In this document: one piece after another, positions 7,957-18,088 of the stretch
How the letters are laid out: each line of letters begins with the position of its first letter
Numbering within the stretch: the first letter of the stretch is position 1
Source of the DNA: an uncultured Alphaproteobacteria bacterium
GTDB taxonomy: Bacteria > Pseudomonadota > Alphaproteobacteria > Rs-D84 > CACZYB01
Reading direction: 5' to 3'
DNA: 32,000 bases
NCBI GenBank assembly: GCA_934246625.1
Contig: CAKQHZ010000001.1
Location: 390,001 to 422,000, forward strand
The notes under the pieces: model-generated
Databases searched by the model: none
The model's input: the letters and a program-made list of their open reading frames with translations, nothing else
Told to the model about the DNA's origin: nothing
Translations under genes and position numbers: made by a program

Positions 7957-8703
7957 TTACTTTTTTATATTCATCATTGATTTTATTTTATGTCTTTTGA
8001 ATGCCATAAAGAATACATTTATCATTGCTTCGATGAAAATTTTCTTGCTCATTTTTGATTTACCGACACGACGGTCTTCAAATACAATAGGTGTTTCCTT
8101 TATTTTTAATTTTGCAAGTGCATTTCGAAATTTCATTTCAATTTGGAAACAATATCCGTTTGAAATAATCGTATCAAGGTTGATTGTTTCAAGTGATTTT
8201 TTTGTATAACAATTATATCCACCTGTTAAATCGTGAATATTTGTTAAAAGCAAAATTCGAGAATAAAGAGAACCTCCCTTTGAAATAAGTTTTCTTAAAA
8301 ATCCCCAATTTACAACACTTCCACCCTTTACATAACGGGAACCAATAACCAAATCATTACCAGCATCAACCAACTTTAACATATCCTTTATATAAATAGG
8401 ATTGTGAGAAAAATCTGCATCTTGAGAAATGAAAATATCAAATCCATTTGAAATTGCCCATTTAAAACCTTCTATATATGCGGTGCCAAGACCAAGTTTT
8501 CCCTTTCGGTGCATAATATGAAGTTTGCCATCAAATACATTGTCCTTTATCAATTTATCAACAATTTTACCTGTGCCATCAGGAGAGTTATCATCAACTA
8601 TTAAAATATGAATATTGGGATTTACCTTTAAATCTGTTTTGATAATATTCTTGATATTTCCTTTTTCATTATATGTAGGAATAACTACACAAACTTTTTT
8701 CAT
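7957..8703 (-). CDS. family-2 glycosyltransferase, Dpm1-like polyprenol-phosphate mannosyl/glycosyl transferase
   Basis: VVIPTYNEKGNI, LIVDDNSPDGTG, GKLGLGTAY and DADFSHNP are typical of Dpm1/Ppm1-like GT2 enzymes. The start is set at ATG 8703 (MKKVCVV), preceded by AAAGGA. The track's upstream extension has no support. Confidence 0.8.
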   Translation of the reverse strand: MKKVCVVIPTYNEKGNIKNIIKTDLKVNPNIHILIVDDNSPDGTGKIVDKLIKDNVFDGKLHIMHRKGKLGLGTAYIEGFKWAISNGFDIFISQDADFSHNPIYIKDMLKLVDAGNDLVIGSRYVKGGSVVNWGFLRKLISKGGSLYSRILLLTNIHDLTGGYNCYTKKSLETINLDTIISNGYCFQIEMKFRNALAKLKIKETPIVFEDRRVGKSKMSKKIFIEAMINVFFMAFKRHKIKSMMNIKK

Positions 8704-8781
8704 AATACGTCCTTTGGTTATTTTAATAGGAATATTATAGCAATTACAAAATATTAGGGCAATACCTTTTTTAATAAAGTC

Positions 8782-8810
8782 TTTACAAATTATGATTTTT
8801 GATATATTTT
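8782..8810 (+). promoter_or_regulatory. candidate sigma-70 promoter for the Cys-rich gene cassette
   Basis: TTTACA (8782-8787), a 17-nt spacer, then TATTTT (8805-8810). Such matches are easy to find in AT-rich DNA, so this is tentative. Confidence 0.3.
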
Positions 8811-8814
8811 GAAA

Positions 8815-8989
8815 TAGATACTTGGAGACAAGTATTGGGACCACAAAATCCCGAACAGTAATAGTAGTAATTTCTACTGAGCTATTCTCCTTTGGGGAGT
8901 GTAGCTCTATAAGGCATAACTATGCGCGAAAAAGTTACGCCATTACTGTGATGGTTTTGTGCCTCCCCACCAAAAAAGGGAGAAAGAAA
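8815..8989 (+). promoter_or_regulatory. long structured 5' leader or possible cis-regulatory RNA upstream of the first Cys-rich gene
   Basis: About 47% GC by hand count over 8881-8970, inside an otherwise AT-rich intergenic region. Imperfect 12-bp hairpin at 8879-8907. A 9-bp hairpin GGCATAACT/AGTTACGCC at 8913-8941. GGGGAG (8894-8899), CTCCCC (8963-8968) and the SD GGGAGA (8978-8983) can form mutually exclusive pairings. Confidence 0.4.
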
Positions 8990-9547
8990 ATGAACCATGA
9001 CAAATTAAATTTATCAAAAGATAAAATCTTTAAACTTTCGATTATTATATCAACCTTAATTATCAGTTCTTCGGCTTTCGCAAGTGGATATGGATATTAC
9101 CCAGGTGGTGGAACAAGTTATACTGTTTTTGGACCAAGCACTGAAAAGACATCTTCTTCATCAAGTTCAAAGACATTTGGAACATCATTGAAAGATATGT
9201 TATCAAAATACTGTGTTCCGACGGTTGGCAATTGCGACAAAAAGGCTACCTACAAAGAAAATATAATAGCACCTGGCGTTAAAAAAACTTGGTGCGATTG
9301 TGCCAACATCAACAAATTCTATAACTCTTCGAATCGTTCTTGCGAGAACTGTATCCTCGGCTCTTTCGCAACCTCAGACTATAAAACTTGTGAGCCTATT
9401 CATTGCCCTGACGGCTATGTTGCGACTTTGATTTCCAAAGGGGCGTGTCCAGATGGCTATACTTTGCAACAAATCAATGTGGCTTCGGGTTGTGGCGAGG
9501 GTTATGCGTTGAAGAAGTATAATCCGGCGACGAAGAGTTTTAATTAA
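8990..9547 (+). CDS. secreted cysteine-rich repeat protein (185 aa)
   Basis: RBS AGGGAGA lies 6 nt before ATG 8990. Signal peptide KIFKLSIIISTLIISSSAFA/SG, then a Gly/Ser/Tyr-rich linker, then 10 Cys with CENCILGSF, CPDGY (twice) and CGEGY units. Confidence 0.7.
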   Translation: MNHDKLNLSKDKIFKLSIIISTLIISSSAFASGYGYYPGGGTSYTVFGPSTEKTSSSSSSKTFGTSLKDMLSKYCVPTVGNCDKKATYKENIIAPGVKKTWCDCANINKFYNSSNRSCENCILGSFATSDYKTCEPIHCPDGYVATLISKGACPDGYTLQQINVASGCGEGYALKKYNPATKSFN

Positions 9548-9553
9548 AGATAT

Positions 9554-9589
9554 GGGCGGGAGTTTTTTATCATAGTCTTGCTTCCGCCC
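9554..9589 (+). promoter_or_regulatory. GC-rich intercistronic stem-loop (terminator, attenuator or processing structure)
   Basis: GGGCGGGAG (9554-9562) pairs with CTTCCGCCC (9581-9589), 9 bp including one G:U, around an 18-nt loop. No U-tract follows, so it is not a canonical intrinsic terminator. Confidence 0.4.
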
Positions 9590-9654
9590 TCCCAGATTGG
9601 CACTTTTGAAGAGGGGGAGGTGTCAAGGAAGAAACACCCTCGAAGGAGAAAAAA

Positions 9655-10182
9655 ATGAAAACCATGAAGAAAAAGAAATTAGCGGTGATAGGGATAGCGG
9701 GAATGCTCTCTGCGACAGCACCTGCCTCCGCTCAAACATTTTATCAATGTATGCCGATAACTTGCCCAGCAGGTAAGTATTTAGAAAATGGAAAATGTAA
9801 TAACTGTCCTTCTGGAACATATAATAACAAATCTGGACAAGTTGGAAGTGAAAGTTGTATAAAATGCCCTTCTGGAACAGGCTCATGGAACGGTGCTTCA
9901 AAATGTGAAGCTCCATCTTGTTTAAAAATTTACGGTGTAAATAATTCAAATAATTTTTCTAGCAAATATAAAGAAATATGCTTAAATCAAACTGTAAATT
10001 GCACCTGTGATTTTATTTCAAATTTATTTAATGGTAGTGGCTGTGATAGTCAAGGTCGCTCTTATTTTAGCAGAGGTGCAATAAAATGTAGTAATGGATA
10101 TCACGATTTCTTTACAGGAAAGAGAAAGGCTGTCTGTGAAAATCAAAATAATTGTTTATATTTAAAAATTATAAATGATTAA
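9655..10182 (+). CDS. secreted cysteine-rich repeat protein (175 aa), distant paralog of 8990-9547
   Basis: RBS AAGGAG lies upstream. Signal peptide KKKLAVIGIAGMLSATAPASA/QT. There are 15 Cys, with CPAGKY, CNNCPSGTY and CIKCPSGTGSW units. Confidence 0.75.
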   Translation: MKTMKKKKLAVIGIAGMLSATAPASAQTFYQCMPITCPAGKYLENGKCNNCPSGTYNNKSGQVGSESCIKCPSGTGSWNGASKCEAPSCLKIYGVNNSNNFSSKYKEICLNQTVNCTCDFISNLFNGSGCDSQGRSYFSRGAIKCSNGYHDFFTGKRKAVCENQNNCLYLKIIND

Positions 10183-10216
10183 AAAAATCCCCCTCTATTG
10201 AGGGGGTATTTTATTT
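10183..10216. terminator. bidirectional rho-independent terminator (Cys-rich gene 2 / gyrB)
   Basis: Perfect 7-bp stem CCCCCTC (10189-10195) / GAGGGGG (10200-10206) with loop TATT. An A7 run lies upstream and a T-rich tract downstream. Confidence 0.8.
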
Positions 10217-10220
10217 CGGA

Positions 10221-12824
<2,604 letters not shown>

Positions 12825-12976
12825 TTATAAAAAAAATAAAAGGAAAGCAAGGAAAATCCTTATCTTTTTTCATATACTGATTTATAATTTTTACAAAAAA
12901 TTTATGAAAATTTTGCAAGATTGACTTAAAACTCGTTTAAATCGATTTTAAGAGGATTTTTACATAAAAACTATAG

Positions 12977-13010
12977 ACAAAAAGACTCTCTTATATCAAA
13001 AAGAGAGTCC
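12977..13010 (-). terminator. rho-independent terminator of the 13031-13405 gene
   Basis: Perfect 9-bp stem GACTCTCTT (12984-12992) / AAGAGAGTC (13001-13009). On the minus strand it is followed by TTTTT. Confidence 0.7.
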
Positions 13011-13030
13011 TTAAAATCGAGAAAAAATAT

Positions 13031-13405
13031 TTATTCTTTACAGCCACAACCTGCTTGTTCACACATATTGCCTTCTGCTGAATAATCTCCATCTTTTATT
13101 TTTTCTTCTATTCTATCCATTTTGGATTTAATCGCTGCTGAAACATCAATTCCCAAACATTTTGCAAGAAGGTGAGAATATATAATCACACTTGCAAATT
13201 TGTTATCAAGTCGGCTTGGCATATCTAAACGCTTACGACTTGCAAAACCAAATGAACGAGCCACTTCACGAGAAAGTTTGCCGGTGGATTCTGCAACTTT
13301 CATCATTAAAAGAAAAGCCTGCATTTCCTTTGTTTGAGTTTTATATGTATCTGTCCATTTTTCGTAATACATATCAATAAATTTTTGTATATCTTTCATT
13401 TCCAT
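13031..13405 (-). CDS. MazG-like all-alpha NTP-pyrophosphohydrolase-fold protein, probably non-catalytic, with a C-terminal Cys cluster
   Basis: The helix pattern LLMMKVAESTGKLSREV...NKFASVIIYSHLLAKCLGIDV resembles YpjD/MazG-like proteins, but the ExxE and ExxD acidic ligands are mostly missing. The tail is CEQAGCGCKE. The start is set at ATG 13405, preceded by AAGGGAGA. Confidence 0.5.
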   Translation of the reverse strand: MEMKDIQKFIDMYYEKWTDTYKTQTKEMQAFLLMMKVAESTGKLSREVARSFGFASRKRLDMPSRLDNKFASVIIYSHLLAKCLGIDVSAAIKSKMDRIEEKIKDGDYSAEGNMCEQAGCGCKE

Positions 13406-13502
13406 TTTAATCTCCCTTATGTTGTTAATATATGCATAATGCAAATAAATTATACCTTAAATAAGGGGACAAACCTATAAGTCTATATTCAAAGGAAAGA
13501 TT

Positions 13503-14156
13503 TCAAACTTTTTTATCTTTGGCAACAGGGCGAACTTTACAAAACTCTTTTATATAACAAGTTTCACATTTTGGATTTATTGCCTTACACTCATAACGAC
13601 CATATAAAACAAGGAAATTTGAAATGTATGGTTTATATTTTTGTGGAGTGGTCTTATCCAATGATGCTTCGATTTTCTCAGGTGTGGTCGCAGAAGGTGG
13701 AACCAAATCCAACCTTTTTACTAAACGCATAACGTGGGTATCGACACCTATTGTTGGAGTGCCATAAAGTTCATTTAAAATAACATTTGCAGATTTACGC
13801 CCTATTCCTGAAAGACTCATTAACTCGTCTCTTGTTTTTGGTAAAATACCATTAAATTTTTCAATTAAGGTTTGGGACATTTCAATAATATGTTTCGCCT
13901 TTGAATTAAAAAGTCCAATAGTCCTTATATACTTTTTAAGTTCGGCTTCACCCAAATCAAGCATAGCTTTTGGATTATCAACTATTTCAAACAAATTATG
14001 TGTAGCAATATTAACTGATTTATCGGTTGCCTGTGCAGAAAGAAGAACTGCCACCGCAAATTGATATGGATTTTTATAATGAAGTTCGGATTTTTTTCTT
14101 CCTATTTTTTCATTAAAAATTTCAAGCAATTTTTCATATTTTGATTTTGTTATCAT
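13503..14156 (-). CDS. nth: endonuclease III
   Basis: HhH-GPD motif LMSLSGIGRKSANVILNE, the DTHV motif, and the C-terminal 4Fe-4S cluster C-x6-C-x2-C-x5-C (CKAINPKCETCYIKEFC). Confidence 0.9.
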   Translation of the reverse strand: MITKSKYEKLLEIFNEKIGRKKSELHYKNPYQFAVAVLLSAQATDKSVNIATHNLFEIVDNPKAMLDLGEAELKKYIRTIGLFNSKAKHIIEMSQTLIEKFNGILPKTRDELMSLSGIGRKSANVILNELYGTPTIGVDTHVMRLVKRLDLVPPSATTPEKIEASLDKTTPQKYKPYISNFLVLYGRYECKAINPKCETCYIKEFCKVRPVAKDKKV

Positions 14157-14188
14157 ATAAAAACCCAGTTCTTTTGTTAAAAATTTGA

Positions 14189-15940
14189 TTAAATCAAGTT
14201 TTCAATTTGTTTATTGATTTGTTCAATTTCCTGATTGATTTCTTTGATTTTTTCTTGATACTTTGCAACATTGTCATCTGTGGCAAGCAAAGCCTGTTTT
14301 GTTAATTCACCCTTTTCAAATTGCAAATTTTCCTTATGCAAATTAAGGATTTTTTCACGAATAATATTTTCAGCAGTATCAGGCTTTTTTATCAAAGCAT
14401 CAATTTCAAATTTTAATAAAACAGATGGATTGAACCCCTTTGATTCCAAAAATTTCATCATTGTTTCACGAGTATGGGGATTGATACTTATTTCTGAAAT
14501 AACACAATCAAAAATCTTTTTATAAACTGGATTATGAAGTGTTATTTTTTTGCCTTCCTCTAAAAATTTAAAAAATAGTGATGGATAAGTAATTGCAAAA
14601 GCAAGAATCATTTTTTCATTTGGGTTTTCTGGATTTGCCTTTGGCTTTACAACCTTTGGTGTTTTTGCAATTTTTGAAAATTCCTTTTTCATACGATTTG
14701 CAAAATCTTCCATATAAAATTTAAGGACACTTTCATTTTTAATTCTGGAAAGTTCCTGTTTGATTTCAATTTCCAAACCTGCACGTTGTTCTGGTGTTTG
14801 TATTATTTTATCAGATGTAAAATAAAGCCACAAAATATCAGAAAGAGAAATACACTTTGTATCAAGCATTGTTTGAAATTTATCATGACCAAAGGCATGT
14901 AAAAATTCGTCTGGGTCCTTTGCACCCTCAATTAAACAAAATCGCAATGATTTCCCAGGCCTTAAAATCGGTAATACACGAAGTGCAGCACGAATACCTG
15001 CCTTTCGACCAGCGGTATCGCTGTCAAAACAAAGTATTGGTTCATTTGCAAGTTTCCATAATAATTCTATTTGCATTTCGGTAATTGCAGTTCCAAGTGG
15101 TGCAACCGCCGTTTTAAAACCAAATTTGTGAAGTGAAATTGTATCCATATATCCTTCAGTTGCAATTACTTGATTTTTTTCAATAGCTTCTACCCTTGCC
15201 TGTGCAAGCCCATACAAATTTCGACCCTTTGAAAAAATTATTGATTCAGGAGAGTTCAAATATTTCGGTTGAGAATCGTCCATAACACGACCTCCAAATG
15301 CAATTATTCGACCCTTTGCATCAGTAATAGGGAACAAAACTCTGTTTCGAAAATAATCGTATGGAGTTTTTGTTCGTTCACTTATTCTTGCAAGTCCAGA
15401 ATTTAAAATTTGCTTTAATGGTATATGTTTATTTTCAAGATATTTTACAAGTTTATTTACACCTTGTGGAGCATAGCAAAGATGAAAATTTGCAATCATT
15501 TCATCGGAAAGCCCACGTTTTCGTAAGTATGCAAGACCTTCCTTACCTTCATCACTATAAAGACATTCTTTGTAAAAATCAGCTGTTAGTTTTAAAATTT
15601 CATATAAATCATGAGATTGCTTATCTTTCGCCCTTTGTTCAGGAGTTGATTGCGGAATTTCAATACCATGGTCGTGGCAAAGTTGCTCTATTGCCTCAAT
15701 AAAAGAAAGATGTTGATATTGCATCATAAATGTAATTATATCGCCATGTGCCCCACAACCAAAACAATGATAAAAACTTTTATCTTCAACAACGGAAAAT
15801 GATGCTGTCTTTTCATTATGAAATGGACAACAACCCCAATACTCTTTACCCTTTCGTGTCAAAGGGATATATTTTGATATACAATCGACTATTGATATTC
15901 TATCACGAAGATTTTCTATAAAACGTTTATCTATATTCAT
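14189..15940 (-). CDS. dnaG: DNA primase
   Basis: Zinc finger CCPFHNEKTASFSVVEDKSFYHCFGCGAHGD. Toprim region EGYMD and FDSDTAG. Confidence 0.92.
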   Translation of the reverse strand: MNIDKRFIENLRDRISIVDCISKYIPLTRKGKEYWGCCPFHNEKTASFSVVEDKSFYHCFGCGAHGDIITFMMQYQHLSFIEAIEQLCHDHGIEIPQSTPEQRAKDKQSHDLYEILKLTADFYKECLYSDEGKEGLAYLRKRGLSDEMIANFHLCYAPQGVNKLVKYLENKHIPLKQILNSGLARISERTKTPYDYFRNRVLFPITDAKGRIIAFGGRVMDDSQPKYLNSPESIIFSKGRNLYGLAQARVEAIEKNQVIATEGYMDTISLHKFGFKTAVAPLGTAITEMQIELLWKLANEPILCFDSDTAGRKAGIRAALRVLPILRPGKSLRFCLIEGAKDPDEFLHAFGHDKFQTMLDTKCISLSDILWLYFTSDKIIQTPEQRAGLEIEIKQELSRIKNESVLKFYMEDFANRMKKEFSKIAKTPKVVKPKANPENPNEKMILAFAITYPSLFFKFLEEGKKITLHNPVYKKIFDCVISEISINPHTRETMMKFLESKGFNPSVLLKFEIDALIKKPDTAENIIREKILNLHKENLQFEKGELTKQALLATDDNVAKYQEKIKEINQEIEQINKQIENLI

Positions 15941-16022
15941 CTTTACTTCCTTATAATAGAAAATAAATTAACTTTATAAAAATTGCAATATTTTAATGCG
16001 TTTAAATTTTTATATAAAACTA

Positions 16023-16050
16023 TTGCCTTTGCTTTTGAATTATCTATAAT
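16023..16050 (+). promoter_or_regulatory. candidate sigma-70 promoter for thrS
   Basis: TTGCCT (16023-16028), a 16-nt spacer, then TATAAT (16045-16050), about 35 nt upstream of the thrS ATG. Confidence 0.35.
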
Positions 16051-16084
16051 ACTAAAGTAATTACTAATATATAGAGGTTAAAAA

Positions 16085-18013
16085 ATGATTAAAATAACTT
16101 TCCCTGATGGAAATATAAAAGAATTTGATAATGGAGTATCTGGATTTGATATTGCAAACTCTATTTCTCCATCACTTGCAAAATCTGCTTTGTTTATAAA
16201 ATTAAATGATGAATACTATGATTTACATAGAGCCATTGAAAAAGATGGAACCATTAAAATTTTAACAATCAAAGATGATGAGGTTTTACCTCTTCTTCGT
16301 CATACTTGTGCTCATATTATGGCACAGGCTGTAAAACAAATTTATCAAAATGCAAAACTTGCTATTGGTCCATCTATTGAAAACGGATTTTATTACGATA
16401 TAGATATGGACGAAAAGTTGACCGAGGCTGACTTTGCAAAAATTGAAAAAAAGATGGTTGAAATCATTAACCACAATTTAAAAATTGAAAGAAAAGATTT
16501 AACAACTGAAGATGCAAAAAAATTCTTCCTTAAAGAAAACGAATCTTATAAAGTAGAGCTTATTTCCGATTTGGAAAAAGATGGTGTTAAAACTGTAAGT
16601 ATTTATACTCAAGGTGATTTTGCAGATTTATGCCGTGGTCCACATCTTCCATCAACTTCAAAAATGCCAGTTGATGCGTTTAAAATCACATCTGTTGCTG
16701 GTGCATATTGGAGAGGAGATTCAAAAAATAAAATGCTTCAACGACTTTATGCTACTGCTTGGAGAAATAAGGACGAATTAGATGCTTATATAAAGCAACA
16801 AGAAGAAGCAGAAAAACGCGACCACAGAAAAATCGGTGTTGCAATGGATTTATTCCATTTTGAACCTGACTATGCTCCTGGTGCTGTATTTTGGCACCCA
16901 AATGGTTGGAAATTGTTCCAAAGCCTTATTTCTTATATGAGAAAGAAACAAGAAGAAAATGGTTATATTGAAGTTTCAACTCCTACTATTATGAACAGAT
17001 GTTTATGGGAAACTTCAGGCCATTGGGATAAATATAAACACAATATGTATACTGCTCGTGTTCAAGATGAAGATACAGAATTTGCAGTAAAACCAATGAA
17101 CTGTCCTGGTGGAGTTTTGATTTATAAACAAGGAATCAAAAGCTATCGCGACCTTCCTATTCGTATGGCTGAATTTGGTAAAGTAAATAGATATGAAGCA
17201 AGTGGTGCTTTGCATGGTATCCTTCGTGTTCGTGAATTTACTCAAGACGATGCACACATCTTCTGCACAACAGAACAAATGGAAGAAGAATGTGTAAAAG
17301 TTATCAAACTTATTATGGAAATATATAAGGACTTTGGTTTTGACTCTGTAAGAATTAAACTTTCTACACGTCCAGAAAAACGTATCGGTTCAGATGAAGT
17401 TTGGGATATGCTTGAAAAATCTTTGGCAAATGCCCTTGAACATCATGGATATGAATATACTATTTTCCCAGGAGAAGGTGCATTCTATGGTCCAAAGTTA
17501 GAGTTTGTTCTTCGTGATGCTATTGGTCGTGATTGGCAATGTGGAACTTTGCAAGTTGATATGAATTTGCCTGAACGATTTGATATTTCTTATATTGGTC
17601 AAGATGGTGAAAAACATCGCCCTGTGATGTTGCATCGTGCTTTGTTTGGTTCACTTGAAAGATTTACTGGTATTTTGATTGAAAACTTTGCTGGTCATCT
17701 ACCTCTTTGGTTATCACCTGTTCAAGTTGCAGTTGCAACCGTAAATGAAGGTGTAAATGATTATGCAGAAAAGGTAAATAACCTTTTGAAAGAAAATGGA
17801 ATTTCAACAGTTCTTGATACAAGTAATGAAAAGATAAGTTATAAAATCCGTGCTCACTCAACTGCAAAAATGCCTATCATTGCAGTAATCGGTGATAAGG
17901 AAAAGGAATCAGAAACAATTACTATAAGACGTATTGGTAGTGATAAATCTGACACTTTTGGATTAAATGAATTTATTTCTAAAATCAAAAATGAAATAAA
18001 TGCAAAGAAATAA
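16085..18013 (+). CDS. thrS: threonine--tRNA ligase
   Basis: TGS domain (MIKITFPDG...), the editing-domain motif HTCAHIM, and class II core motifs (FRNE-like region, RVREFTQDDAHIF, GAFYGPKLEF). Confidence 0.93.
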   Translation: MIKITFPDGNIKEFDNGVSGFDIANSISPSLAKSALFIKLNDEYYDLHRAIEKDGTIKILTIKDDEVLPLLRHTCAHIMAQAVKQIYQNAKLAIGPSIENGFYYDIDMDEKLTEADFAKIEKKMVEIINHNLKIERKDLTTEDAKKFFLKENESYKVELISDLEKDGVKTVSIYTQGDFADLCRGPHLPSTSKMPVDAFKITSVAGAYWRGDSKNKMLQRLYATAWRNKDELDAYIKQQEEAEKRDHRKIGVAMDLFHFEPDYAPGAVFWHPNGWKLFQSLISYMRKKQEENGYIEVSTPTIMNRCLWETSGHWDKYKHNMYTARVQDEDTEFAVKPMNCPGGVLIYKQGIKSYRDLPIRMAEFGKVNRYEASGALHGILRVREFTQDDAHIFCTTEQMEEECVKVIKLIMEIYKDFGFDSVRIKLSTRPEKRIGSDEVWDMLEKSLANALEHHGYEYTIFPGEGAFYGPKLEFVLRDAIGRDWQCGTLQVDMNLPERFDISYIGQDGEKHRPVMLHRALFGSLERFTGILIENFAGHLPLWLSPVQVAVATVNEGVNDYAEKVNNLLKENGISTVLDTSNEKISYKIRAHSTAKMPIIAVIGDKEKESETITIRRIGSDKSDTFGLNEFISKIKNEINAKK

Positions 18014-18088
18014 AAACTTGCTTTTTATACAAAATATGTAATAATGAACTTTGTTGAAAAACAAAATTAAAATGAAAGGACTATCAAA

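Noticed and set aside
8891-8910. Resemblance of TTTGGGGAGTGTAGC to the GGGGAGUAGC box of the yybP-ykoY (Mn2+) riboswitch. I also considered glycine, TPP and fluoride riboswitches.
   Set aside because: Only a short partial match with a 2-nt insertion. The matching 3' half of each motif is absent.
8826-8972. Possible tRNA, tmRNA or pseudo-tRNA. The minus strand reads GGAGAATAGCTCAGT...TCTCCA (8826-8893). The plus strand reads GGGGAGTGTAGCTC...CCTCCCCACCA (8894-8972).
   Set aside because: Neither has a closing D stem or a canonical GTTCRANYC T-loop. No tag reading frame ending in LAA or VAA could be found for a one- or two-piece tmRNA. I treated it as leader structure instead.
8822-8989. The track's N-terminal extension (METSIGTTKSRT...) of the first Cys-rich ORF.
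   Set aside because: It has no RBS and runs through the structured GC-rich leader. The signal peptide and a strong AGGGAGA RBS belong to the ATG at 8990.
9623-9949. Minus-strand 108-aa ORF overlapping the second Cys-rich gene.
   Set aside because: It is antisense to an ORF that has an RBS, a signal peptide and a repeat architecture. It has none of these itself.
12926-12940. CtrA-box-like TTAA-N7-TTAA (TTAAaactcgtTTAA) upstream of gyrB.
   Set aside because: At this AT content several such matches are expected by chance in 32 kb. There is no second box and no supporting context.
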